Shown here: in pieces, positions 1 to 9,081 of the stretch | Layout of the letters: the number at the start of each line of letters is the position of its first letter | How positions within the stretch are numbered: position 1 is the stretch's first letter | Assembly: GCA_964519005.1 (NCBI GenBank) | Contig: CAZFLO010000003.1 | Location: 1-37,612 of the forward strand | Length of the DNA: 37,612 nucleotides | Direction: 5' to 3' | Source: Candidatus Woesearchaeota archaeon | Lineage (GTDB): Archaea > Nanobdellota > Nanobdellia > Pacearchaeales > GW2011-AR1 | The notes under the pieces: generated by a model | What the model saw: the letters and a program-made list of their open reading frames with translations, nothing else | What the model was told of the DNA's origin: nothing | Database searches by the model: none | Program-made: the position numbers and the translations under genes

Positions 1-256
1 CCCACATTCAGGAAAAAAATCTGCAGGAAACAAAGGGGAGAATCTACTTTGAAATCAATTATGTTTAAATAAAAAAAGATTACAAAGTCGTTCCTGCAGA
101 ATATAAATTAAAATATCTTCCCTCAAAATTAAAATCATATTAAAATTAAGATTAATATTTATTTATTCTTAATTTAAAAAATAGGATAAAAAATTCAAGA
201 AATTTCCAACATAAGAACATCCAAACTATTAAAAATCTCAAAAGATTATTTCTTTC

Positions 257-1570
257 ATGCCATACGACATCATTATAGGAAGAGGTGAAGACGATAAAAA
301 AAAGTTAGGAAAAAAGGGATTAATATTCCTTGGCCGAGGATATGTGAAAATGGGCCAATACAATTCTCTCTCGAATAACTTATATTTAGATATAGCTAAA
401 AGCCATGTAATACTAATTGCCGGAAAAAGGGGTTCAGGAAAATCATATACTCTGGGAGTAATGACTGAAGAAATATCTAGCCTTCCCCAAGAGGTAAGCC
501 AAAACATTGCTTCCCTAATATTCGACACGATGGGAATCTATTGGACAATGAAATATCCCAATGAAAAAGATAAAGAATTGTTGAGAGAATGGGGCTTAAA
601 GCCAAAAAACCTTCCAGTAAAAATATTTGTTCCATTCGGACATTTCGATAGTTTCATAGAAAAAGGAATCCCTGTAGACGAAAGATTTGCATTAAGCGTT
701 GCAGAATTAAATCCGGAAGATTGGACAATAACATTCGGACTGGAAATGATCAATCCCGTTTCAATTTTAATTGAAAGATCAATTAACAGATTAAAACAAA
801 AAAAAGATTATTTTGTAATAAAAGACATAGTTGAAGAAATAGAGAAAGACAATCGAAGTGAAAAAGAAACAATCAATGCTGCAATTGGTTTATTTGAAGC
901 TGCAGATAATTGGGGTGTATTTGCAAAGGAAAACATGAAACCCACAAAAATAAAAGAAATAATAACCGGCGGATTAACTTCCGTTCTTGATTTAAGCGTC
1001 TATAATTCCATAGGATCTTTTAACGTAAGAGCATTAGTAATAAGTTTACTTTCAAGAAAATTATTTCAAGAAAGAATGATTGCAAGAAAAGAAGAAGAAA
1101 TAAAAGCCGTCTCAAAAGGATTGGATTATTTTTCCGAAACAGAAAAAAAGAAAACTCCTCTTGTTTGGTTATTCATTGACGAAGCGCACGAATTCCTTCC
1201 ACTAAATGAAAAAATAATTTCGACAGATGCTTTAGTTCAAATTCTAAGGGAAGGGCGTCAACCAGGAATATCGTTAGTTCTTGCAACACAACAACCAGGA
1301 AAAATTCACACAGATGTCATGACCCAATCGGACATAGTTCTCGCTCACAGAGTAACTTCAAAACCAGATGTCGACGCACTAAATCACATGATGCAAAGTT
1401 ATTTATCAAACACAATTCAAGGATTCATGAATGATTTACCTTCCTTGAAAGGTTCAGCCATTATTCTAGATGACAATTCTGAAAGAATTTATCCGATGCG
1501 TATGCGGCCAAGATTTACATGGCACGGAGGGCAAGCTCCAACTGCCGTTGAAGTTAAAAAAGAATTATGA
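257..1570 (+). CDS. HerA/FtsK-superfamily P-loop ATPase (DUF87-like)
   Basis: 437-aa ORF. Walker A GKRGSGKS, Walker B-like LVWLFIDEAHEF, downstream LATQQP and AHR motifs. TATA-like ctattaaaaatc (226-237) lies about 25 nt upstream of the ATG. Confidence 0.7.
   Translation: MPYDIIIGRGEDDKKKLGKKGLIFLGRGYVKMGQYNSLSNNLYLDIAKSHVILIAGKRGSGKSYTLGVMTEEISSLPQEVSQNIASLIFDTMGIYWTMKYPNEKDKELLREWGLKPKNLPVKIFVPFGHFDSFIEKGIPVDERFALSVAELNPEDWTITFGLEMINPVSILIERSINRLKQKKDYFVIKDIVEEIEKDNRSEKETINAAIGLFEAADNWGVFAKENMKPTKIKEIITGGLTSVLDLSVYNSIGSFNVRALVISLLSRKLFQERMIARKEEEIKAVSKGLDYFSETEKKKTPLVWLFIDEAHEFLPLNEKIISTDALVQILREGRQPGISLVLATQQPGKIHTDVMTQSDIVLAHRVTSKPDVDALNHMMQSYLSNTIQGFMNDLPSLKGSAIILDDNSERIYPMRMRPRFTWHGGQAPTAVEVKKEL
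1532..1568 (+). repeat. Direct repeat copy 1 (37 nt, last codons of the ATPase gene)
   Basis: caagctccaactgccgttgaagttaaaaaagaattat, identical to 1666-1702. Confidence 0.9.
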
Positions 1571-1665
1571 GCTTGACCGGAGTGCCTGGCACGGACGAAC
1601 AATTGTAAAAGTTCAAATAAATGAGTGTAACGAATTTAAAGAAACTTTTGCAATTGAGAGTAAGA

Positions 1666-1702
1666 CAAGCTCCAACTGCCGTTGAAGTTAAAAAAGAATT
1701 AT
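1666..1702 (+). repeat. Direct repeat copy 2 (37 nt)
   Basis: Identical to 1532-1568. Followed by TAA where copy 1 is followed by TGA. Confidence 0.9.
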
Positions 1703-1751
1703 AACACTAAATAAAACAAATTAATATAAATAGAAAAATATATTCTCTGAT

Positions 1752-1943
1752 ATGAAAAAATGTGAGCATTACGAAAAATATGGCAAAGAAGATTACTTGT
1801 TAGGAAGAAAACAAACTTTTTGTGACATTGAAATATGCCCTTATTCAAATCAAATTCGACCCCAGCTTGGTGGAGAAAATTTACCAAAAATATGCAAAGC
1901 AAAAGGATTAATAAAAAAATTAGAAAATCTTAAAACCAAATAA
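1752..1943 (+). CDS. Small Cys-containing hypothetical protein (63 aa)
   Basis: ORF with TATA-like taatataaatag (1722-1733) about 25 nt upstream of the ATG. Four Cys. The 3' end overlaps the convergent trm5 by 24 nt. Confidence 0.4.
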   Translation: MKKCEHYEKYGKEDYLLGRKQTFCDIEICPYSNQIRPQLGGENLPKICKAKGLIKKLENLKTK

Positions 1944-2756
1944 CCTCTTCCAAAAACCTTTCTTTCCCAAAACTTCAAATTCAACCCTCAACCGAATTTT
2001 ATAAGGAGCAATTTCCCCAATATCTTTTGTATTCGTTATCTTAATTTTCTTTCCAGCTTTTTTGGCTTCTACTTTAATTTCTTCAATCAATTTTCCCTTA
2101 TCTTCTAACTTGCAAAAACCATGATAATAAATCCTAGTTCCAGGTTTAGAAATCATAAATGCTTCTTTCAAAAAAGTATCTTGCAAATTAGGGCGAGTCA
2201 TCAAAATCAAATCATAACTTTTCCCTTCTTCAACCAAACGAGGAGCAATCTTTTTTATATCCCCGGGAACCAATTCAATTTTATCTTTTAACTTATTCCT
2301 CAAAATATTTTTCTCAGCATAAATGTTTGCCTTCCTATTTAATTCATTAGAATAAATTTTCGAAACTGAAACATTTTTTGCAATAACAATAGGAAAAGGA
2401 GCAACTCCCGCACACATAACAAAAACCTCATCTTTGGGTTTAACTAATTCGCAAACTTCCTTTCTCTCATTTGCAAGCCTAGGAGAAAAATAAGTTTCAT
2501 CAACATTAAACCTAAAAACACAACCATTTTCTCGATATAAAACTTCTTTTGTTTTTTCTCCCGCGAGAACTTTTGTTTCTTGTTTCCTAAGCCTCCCACT
2601 AAATTTCTTTGATTTTTCCAAAACAGTTTTAATCGCTTTATTCTTCTCCAAAATTTCTTCCGCAAATTCTTTTTTAGCATTCTTTTTGATATCATCAGAA
2701 AAATTAACAATAGCTACATTCCCCAAGACACTATATGATCTTTGTTTCATAAACAT
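1920..2756 (-). CDS. trm5: tRNA (guanine37-N1)-methyltransferase, Trm5/TYW2 (Met-10) family
   Basis: 278-aa ORF. SAM-binding stretch VFVMCAGVAPFPIVIA and SNELN (NPPY-equivalent) match the Trm5/Taw2 pattern as I recall it. Confidence 0.7.
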   Translation of the reverse strand: MFMKQRSYSVLGNVAIVNFSDDIKKNAKKEFAEEILEKNKAIKTVLEKSKKFSGRLRKQETKVLAGEKTKEVLYRENGCVFRFNVDETYFSPRLANERKEVCELVKPKDEVFVMCAGVAPFPIVIAKNVSVSKIYSNELNRKANIYAEKNILRNKLKDKIELVPGDIKKIAPRLVEEGKSYDLILMTRPNLQDTFLKEAFMISKPGTRIYYHGFCKLEDKGKLIEEIKVEAKKAGKKIKITNTKDIGEIAPYKIRLRVEFEVLGKKGFWKRLFGFKIF

Positions 2757-2844
2757 AAAATGATAATCAAGTTTAAATTGGTTTTGAAAAATTTAACAAT
2801 AAAGAAATACCATATTTTATAAAAATCAAATCTCTTTTATTAAA

Positions 2845-3168
2845 ATGAAAAAAACACCTATTGAAAAAATGAAAAAATTAAATATTTCTAAAAATGAAAA
2901 AATAAGATATTTGGAAATAGAGAAAGAAAAAATTTCTCAAAAATACGATAAAATAATTAAAAAAATAATTGAACTAAGACAAGAAAAATACTTTTTGGAA
3001 ACATCAAAAAAGAACGCACAAAAAATTGAAAAGAAAATAAATTCAAATTTAGAAAAGAGATACAAATACGAAAAAGAAAATGTCCTAAAAGAAGAAATGA
3101 TTCTAGAAATAGAAAACAAATTATTTGAATTGAAAAATAATTCCTACAAGAATTTGGTAAAACCATGA
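2845..3168 (+). CDS. Lys/Glu-rich coiled-coil hypothetical protein
   Basis: 107-aa ORF. TATA-like attttataaaaatc about 25 nt upstream of the ATG. Low-complexity K/E composition. Confidence 0.45.
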   Translation: MKKTPIEKMKKLNISKNEKIRYLEIEKEKISQKYDKIIKKIIELRQEKYFLETSKKNAQKIEKKINSNLEKRYKYEKENVLKEEMILEIENKLFELKNNSYKNLVKP

Positions 3169-3320
3169 AATTTTAGGCTAACTTCCTACAGGAAATTCCA
3201 CAAATAACTGGGCGGGTCATCGAACTTTAGTTCGATTTCATAGCGGGAATTTCTAAAATTTACAAACTAAAAAAATTTCACCAAAATCACTTACAAAACC
3301 TTATAAAAACATAATTCCTT

Positions 3321-4475
3321 ATGAGATATATGAAAAAAAGAGGCAACATTCTAGCCATTTTTGTTGGACTGATATTACTCCCACTCATTTCAGCATATGG
3401 GGGATATTCAACATTTTCAATAAAACAATTTCTAAGTGTAGAAACTTTCCTTTTAGCAATATTATTCTTCATCGTCCTCTTCGTCACAAGAAAAGCTATG
3501 ACAAAACTTTTTCCAAATTCCGAAGCTGCAGCAATTTTGATCGCATTAGTCGTTTCAATAATGGCCGTGTATGGTTTAACAATTGCAAATTTCTCTCTTG
3601 AAGATTTCCTCTATTCAATAGGAATAAATGAATTATTTTTAGAAAACGTGGCCCCTTGGGCAGTTTTACTATTGGCTGCAATAATCCTCTGGAAATTTGG
3701 ATTTGGAGGAATGACAATGATATTTGGGGGAGTATTCATAATTTTGGGTTTATTGGGAATGGCAACAAATTCCGAAGTTGTTTATAATTGGGAATATTCA
3801 TTAGGAATCGGTTTTGCATTACTAATTTTAGGATTGATAATAAAAAAGAAATTTTCAAAAATCCGCATTGGAAAAATAAAAGGTCCCAATTTAGGTAAAA
3901 TTAAAAATCCTTTGAAGGGAGGAAGATTAGCAGTATTTGTGGAAGGAAGAAGAATAACTTACCCTTCTTTCACCAAAAACGTAATGACAATTGTTCCAGG
4001 AAAAAAAGTTAAAATTTCAGTAGAAAACATTGGAAGCAGAGATTTAAAATGGAAAATGATAACTGGAAAAGGATTAGGCGTTAGCAACATAACTCGAGAT
4101 ATTTTAGGCCCAAGAAAATCTGAAGAAGTACAAATAAAATCAGATTCGGTAAATAAAACAAAATTTTTCAAGGTAAGTGCAATAGGAAGAATAGGAAGAG
4201 TATCTCGTCAAAAAATAACGGTAATTGTTTTGCCAGGGGGAACAAAGTCACCTCCTCCAAAAACTAATACTCCAAGACCAACAAGATCAAGATCAAATCA
4301 AGATCTTCAAGACAAATATGATTATTATGTTGGATTGGTTAAAGCTGTGCAAAAAAAGAACAAAGGAAAAATTCCTAAATTAGGAACACCCGAAGGAGAT
4401 TTAAGACACCGACATATTCAAGCAATAAAAACAATAGAAAATACTGCTAAAAAACAAAGATATAAATTAAAATAA
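3321..4475 (+). CDS. Multi-pass membrane protein with a C-terminal soluble beta-rich domain and basic tail
   Basis: 384-aa ORF. Several hydrophobic segments in the first ~170 aa, a Pro-rich linker PPPKTNTPRPTRSRS and a basic C-terminus. Start may be the ATG at 3330, which has better TATA spacing. Confidence 0.6.
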   Translation: MRYMKKRGNILAIFVGLILLPLISAYGGYSTFSIKQFLSVETFLLAILFFIVLFVTRKAMTKLFPNSEAAAILIALVVSIMAVYGLTIANFSLEDFLYSIGINELFLENVAPWAVLLLAAIILWKFGFGGMTMIFGGVFIILGLLGMATNSEVVYNWEYSLGIGFALLILGLIIKKKFSKIRIGKIKGPNLGKIKNPLKGGRLAVFVEGRRITYPSFTKNVMTIVPGKKVKISVENIGSRDLKWKMITGKGLGVSNITRDILGPRKSEEVQIKSDSVNKTKFFKVSAIGRIGRVSRQKITVIVLPGGTKSPPPKTNTPRPTRSRSNQDLQDKYDYYVGLVKAVQKKNKGKIPKLGTPEGDLRHRHIQAIKTIENTAKKQRYKLK

Positions 4476-4476
4476 C

Positions 4477-5514
4477 TTAAAACCAACGTTCTAAACTTTT
4501 CTGATTCTTAGCTTTTAACAAACCTTCCAATTTTTCAATTTGCCGATCAATCCTCTCCTCAGCAAACCCATGTCGTTCAACCAAAATTTCTTTAATTTTC
4601 TCAAAATTAAGCTCAGGAAATTTTATTTCCAAATCATCTACTCTCGGAGCACAAAACAAACTAAAAATCGCTCTCCAATTAAACTGATCTTCATCTTCCA
4701 AAGCATCCATTTTCTCCTTCATCGATTCAAAAATTTCATCAGGAGTCACAAATTCTTTCACGATTTTCAAAGCCTTCTTTTGCCCAATCATCGGAATCCC
4801 TTTCGGATTATAATCTGTCCCAACCAAAATTGCCAAACAAATCAACTGATCCTGATTAATGCCAAGTTCGTCCAAAAAATCTGCCAAAATAATTTTCTCA
4901 GGTAAAACTTCGATATATCCTGAATAAGTTTTCTTCTTTCTAGAAACAGTTAAATTCCGAATCAAAACAGGAGCACCAAAAATCAAAGAATCATAATCTT
5001 GAGAAATAGTTGCATAAACCCCATTTTGCTTAGACAAATAAGCAGCTTGAGCTTCTCCCTCCGAAGGGGCTTGAATGACACAAACACCCAAAGCTTCCAG
5101 CAATTCTTTAGACTCAGCAATTATTTCATCATCCAAACGAACCAATTGAGAACTATACCGTTTCATAACTTCAAGATCTTCTTTTTTCTTTGCCTCTTCA
5201 TATCTCTCTTTTGCAATATCTCTAGCCTCTCCCCGTTTCTTATGAATTTTCCCTTTAAGCTTCGGAGGCTCGCCATCAAAAACATAAACCAACTTCGCTC
5301 CTTCAACCAACAATGCAACATTACGATAAAGAATTCCAGACAAATGAGATGTTATTCTTCCTTCCTCATCCTGCAAAGGAGTTCCATCTGCTTGCCTAAT
5401 TGTTGATAAAAACTGATAAAGCGTATTAAACGCATCCACACAAACTATTTTTCCCTTCAAATCAGAAAACCCAATCTCTTTCCGAGAAACGATCTCCCGT
5501 ATATTTAATCCCAT
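4477..5514 (-). CDS. fen: Flap endonuclease 1
   Basis: 345-aa ORF. N-terminal MGLNIREIV...VCVDAFNTLYQFL and the FDG, GEAQAAYL and GTDYNP motifs of XPG/FEN1. C-terminal PIP box QKSLERWF. Confidence 0.92.
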   Translation of the reverse strand: MGLNIREIVSRKEIGFSDLKGKIVCVDAFNTLYQFLSTIRQADGTPLQDEEGRITSHLSGILYRNVALLVEGAKLVYVFDGEPPKLKGKIHKKRGEARDIAKERYEEAKKKEDLEVMKRYSSQLVRLDDEIIAESKELLEALGVCVIQAPSEGEAQAAYLSKQNGVYATISQDYDSLIFGAPVLIRNLTVSRKKKTYSGYIEVLPEKIILADFLDELGINQDQLICLAILVGTDYNPKGIPMIGQKKALKIVKEFVTPDEIFESMKEKMDALEDEDQFNWRAIFSLFCAPRVDDLEIKFPELNFEKIKEILVERHGFAEERIDRQIEKLEGLLKAKNQKSLERWF

Positions 5515-5569
5515 TAAACATCCATCAATCTATAATTAATAAATTTGCCGCAAAAATTCAAATAAAAAA

Positions 5570-5926
5570 TTATTCTGAAATTTTAAAAGAATCTCCATCA
5601 ACTTTAACATCAAGCCCAGGAACATAATGTTTTAAATTTCCCGCCATAGTATCAAAAACTTCTTCTTCTGAATATCCCAAATCATAAATTCCTTTTTCCG
5701 AATAAAGAATTTTATTAAATGGTTTTCCAAAAAAGTAATCTCCCCTAATTTCTTGACCTCTTCCTTGAATATTACTTCCTTTTTCAAATGAAAATTTTCC
5801 TTCTAAATTCCCCAATTCTTTTGCAGCGACCCGAATAAAATTTTCGAAAGAAAATTCTGTAGAAAACTCCTTTATCTTGTCAACTTTCAAACCATACATA
5901 ATTTCTGCTAGGTTTCTTTCTCCCAT
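5570..5926 (-). CDS. Hypothetical protein
   Basis: The track ORF begins at a TTG (5971). The first ATG is at 5926, with a TATA-like tttatata about 26 nt upstream. No domain recognised. Confidence 0.45.
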   Translation of the reverse strand: MGERNLAEIMYGLKVDKIKEFSTEFSFENFIRVAAKELGNLEGKFSFEKGSNIQGRGQEIRGDYFFGKPFNKILYSEKGIYDLGYSEEEVFDTMAGNLKHYVPGLDVKVDGDSFKISE

Positions 5927-5986
5927 ACTGTTACTACTACATAATACTATATAAATCTTATCTTTTCCCAAAAATACCTAATTAAT

Positions 5987-5995
5987 CTTATAAAA
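5987..5995 (+). promoter_or_regulatory. TATA-like box for polB (leaderless geometry)
   Basis: cttataaaa is centred about 25 nt upstream of the ATG at 6016. Confidence 0.5.
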
Positions 5996-6015
5996 CTGTT
6001 AAACTTAATAAAATC

Positions 6016-8487
6016 ATGAAAATGGAATTTATTCCCGTGGATTATGATTCTTTTGATCATGAAGGCAAAAATTACGTGAAAATATACGGTCGAAATCAAA
6101 AAGGAGAGAAAATATGTGTAATCGATTCTTGCCAAACATATTTGTGGGCAATTTTAAAAGAAGGAATAACAGAAAAATTGATTACAGAATTATCAAAAGA
6201 AATAGAAACAATTCAATTGGATATGAAGGGAAGAAAAACCAAAGTAGAAAAAGTAGAAATTCATGAAAAAAATTTTCTCGGAAAAAAATTTAAAGCATTG
6301 AAAATTTTCGGAACAAACCACAAAGATTTGCATGATATTGCTAGCAAAATAGATTCGCCATTAATATACAAAAGAAGAGGATATGATATAAATTACATCA
6401 CCACCTACATAATTGAAGAAAAAATATATCCCCTCAATTGGTATGAAATCTCGGGAGAAATATTGCACAATTCAAACGAATTTGGAGGAATCGATCAAAT
6501 TTTAGATGTGGATTTTGTAATAAAATTAAATTCAAAAAAAATCAAAGAAAAACAAATTGATTTCGTTCCAAGAACATTAGCGTATGATTTAGAAACAGAT
6601 TCTTTAAAACCAGAAAACGGAGAAATTTTAATGTTTTCTTTGGTCGGGAAAAATTACAAAAAAGTAGTTAGTTGGAAAAAAGCAAAAACAGATAATAAAA
6701 ATGTTATCTTTGTTGAAAACGAAAAAGAACTATTAAAAAAATTCGTAGAATTAGTTAAAAAATATTCCCCCGATTTTTTAATAGGATATCATTCAGATAA
6801 TTTTGATTTACCTTTTCTAAAAGATAGAGCTAAAAAAAATAAAATAAAACTTCCTCTTGGAATTGACCGCACTGATCCAAAAATCTCTGGAGGAAAAAAT
6901 TCTTCAGGAAAAATATCTGGAATCACACACATAGATTTATTAAAATTCATAAGAACAGCCTATGCACAATATATGCAATCAGAAACACTTTCATTAAATG
7001 AAGTTTCAAAAGAATTCCTAAAAGATAGTAAAACAGATTTCAAACTTGAACATTCTTCAAAAATTAAAGAGAATGACTGGAAAAATTACTACGAATATAA
7101 TCTTCAAGATTCCGTTTTAACATTAAAATTATTTGAAAAATTTTGGCCAGATTTATTAGAGTTTACAAAGATAATAAAAGAACCAACATTCAACATCTCA
7201 CGAAATGGATTATCAAAACAAATAGAATCATATCTCTTGCATAATCTAGAAAAATACAATGAAATTCCGGAAAAGAGACCTACAAACAAAGAGATAGAAT
7301 TTAGGCAAAATTCCGGAGGAGTTGAAGGAGCATTCGTGTATGAACCAAAACCAGGGTTATATGAAAATCTTGTAATGTTTGATTTCACATCTATGCACAC
7401 CTCAATAATAATTTCACATAATATTTCAAAAGGAACTTTAACCACAAACAAAAAAAACTCTTATGAATCTCCTGAAATCGATGAAAAAGGAATAAAAAGA
7501 AAATATTATTTTGTGAAAGAACCAGGTTTCTTTCCACTCTTACTAAAAGAAATTTTTGAAAAAAGAAAAAAATTCAAACAAGAATATGTAAAAAATCCGA
7601 ATACAATAACCAAAGCCAGAAGCAACGCTTTCAAAGTACTTTCAGCCTCAGCACATGGATACGTTGGTTTTTACGGAGCAAGATATTATTCTTTTGAATC
7701 TTCATCGGCAATCTTAGCTTTCGTTAGACAATTCAACAAAGAAACAATTGAAAAAATTGAAAAAGATAATCATGAAGTAATTTATGGCGACACAGATTCA
7801 GTAGCATTTACAAGGGAAAATAATTCAAAAGAAGAAATAAAACAATTATTAAAAAAATTAAATAATGATCTTCCTGGAGTTATGCACTTAGAACTTGAAG
7901 ACTTTTTTAAAAGAGGGCTTTGGGTAACAACAAGAAGTGGAACAACTGGTGCAAAGAAAAAATATGCTTTAATTTCTGAAAAAGACATAATTAAAATTCG
8001 TGGATTTGAAACAGTTAGAAGAGATTGGTGCCCATTAGCAAGAAAAACCCAAGACAAAATATTGAGGTTAATCTTAAAAGAGGGCAATGAAAAAAAAGCC
8101 TTAGAATACATAAAAGAAATAATTAATAAACTAAAAACAAGAAAAATAAAAAAAGAAGAAATAATGATAAAGTCACAAATAAAAAAACCAATTTTTGAAT
8201 ATAAATCAATTTCACCAGCAGTTGTTGCTGCCAAAAAAATGAAAGAAAAAGGGTTGACTGTAAATGTTGGTTCCCCGATTGAATATTTTATTGCAGAATA
8301 TAATGGAAAATCAAAATTAGTCAGAGATAAAATAAAACTCTCAGAGGAAAAAGGGGATTACAATATTGAATATTATTTGGAAAAACAAATAATTCCTTCA
8401 GTTGAAAATATTTTCCAAGTTTTTAAGATAAATATAAAAGAAATGAGCGACGGTATAAAACAAGAAAAATTAAAGAAGTGGTTTTAG
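6016..8487 (+). CDS. polB: Family B DNA polymerase
   Basis: 823-aa ORF. Exo I YDLETD, Exo II DNFDLPFL, Exo III YNLQDS. Motif A DFTSMHTS, motif B KVLSASAHG, motif C YGDTDS, plus KKKYA. C-terminal PIP box QEKLKKWF. Confidence 0.92.
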   Translation: MKMEFIPVDYDSFDHEGKNYVKIYGRNQKGEKICVIDSCQTYLWAILKEGITEKLITELSKEIETIQLDMKGRKTKVEKVEIHEKNFLGKKFKALKIFGTNHKDLHDIASKIDSPLIYKRRGYDINYITTYIIEEKIYPLNWYEISGEILHNSNEFGGIDQILDVDFVIKLNSKKIKEKQIDFVPRTLAYDLETDSLKPENGEILMFSLVGKNYKKVVSWKKAKTDNKNVIFVENEKELLKKFVELVKKYSPDFLIGYHSDNFDLPFLKDRAKKNKIKLPLGIDRTDPKISGGKNSSGKISGITHIDLLKFIRTAYAQYMQSETLSLNEVSKEFLKDSKTDFKLEHSSKIKENDWKNYYEYNLQDSVLTLKLFEKFWPDLLEFTKIIKEPTFNISRNGLSKQIESYLLHNLEKYNEIPEKRPTNKEIEFRQNSGGVEGAFVYEPKPGLYENLVMFDFTSMHTSIIISHNISKGTLTTNKKNSYESPEIDEKGIKRKYYFVKEPGFFPLLLKEIFEKRKKFKQEYVKNPNTITKARSNAFKVLSASAHGYVGFYGARYYSFESSSAILAFVRQFNKETIEKIEKDNHEVIYGDTDSVAFTRENNSKEEIKQLLKKLNNDLPGVMHLELEDFFKRGLWVTTRSGTTGAKKKYALISEKDIIKIRGFETVRRDWCPLARKTQDKILRLILKEGNEKKALEYIKEIINKLKTRKIKKEEIMIKSQIKKPIFEYKSISPAVVAAKKMKEKGLTVNVGSPIEYFIAEYNGKSKLVRDKIKLSEEKGDYNIEYYLEKQIIPSVENIFQVFKINIKEMSDGIKQEKLKKWF

Positions 8488-8496
8488 ATTTATTTC

Positions 8497-9081
8497 TTAC
8501 CAATTTTTCCTGCCAGGATACACATAATTTTCTTCCAAATTCACTGCTCCATTTTGACTAATTTCATCACTAAAATTAATCAGATGATCTGTCCTAATAT
8601 TTTTGATTTTTTTAGGATTTATTTTATTAGTAACAACAAACTCTGGAACAGAATATTCTCCCACATAATCTTCTAATTTTTTAAAACTCTTAGAATATTC
8701 TTGTTTAAATTTTTCTCTTTCAACATCTTTCAAATCCTCAACTTCAAAATCTTTTTCTAAATTTAAATATTTTCCCGGATTCAAAAACAGGTCAGCATTT
8801 GCAACATAAATCTGATCTTTCTCAGATAATCCTACCCTCAAAATGGAAACCTCTTGGGTACCCACTCCCCTATTCGAAGCATGAACTAGGATTGAAGCTA
8901 TGTCTCTCCCCCATAAACGAGAATCATGAAAAAAATAATTAAAAGATTCTGAATTATTGTAAATAGTCTTTGCTCCTTCAACCAAATCTCTTGAAATTCC
9001 TTTATTAATTAACCCAGAATTAAAAATAGATTGAAGATTACTCTTAGGAGTAAATTGATATAAAAATTTTAAATTTTTCAT
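8497..9081 (-). CDS. Hypothetical protein with weak ADP-ribosyltransferase/Tpt1-C-like N-terminal pattern
   Basis: 194-aa ORF. The ATG overlaps the upstream stop (ATGA). FLYQFTPKSNLQSIFNSGL and LVHAS...VSILRV resemble LYHxT..NLxSIxxxGL / VHLS of ART-fold proteins, but with Q in place of H. Confidence 0.5.
   Translation of the reverse strand: MKNLKFLYQFTPKSNLQSIFNSGLINKGISRDLVEGAKTIYNNSESFNYFFHDSRLWGRDIASILVHASNRGVGTQEVSILRVGLSEKDQIYVANADLFLNPGKYLNLEKDFEVEDLKDVEREKFKQEYSKSFKKLEDYVGEYSVPEFVVTNKINPKKIKNIRTDHLINFSDEISQNGAVNLEENYVYPGRKNW

Noticed and set aside
238-753. Minus-strand ORFs 238-528 and 538-753 inside the HerA-like gene.
   Set aside because: They are antisense to a well-supported ATPase gene, have low-complexity composition and no promoter geometry. 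They are shadow ORFs.
1470-1685. Plus-strand ORF of 71 aa spanning the end of the ATPase gene and the 97-nt insert.
   Set aside because: It lies out of frame within the ATPase C-terminus and runs through the repeat-flanked insert. It has no promoter or SD, so it is probably fortuitous.
4540-5406. Plus-strand ORFs 4540-4905 and 4999-5406.
   Set aside because: They are antisense to FEN1, which has a full set of conserved motifs.
7104-8234. Minus-strand ORFs 7104-7451 and 7782-8234.
   Set aside because: They are antisense to polB.
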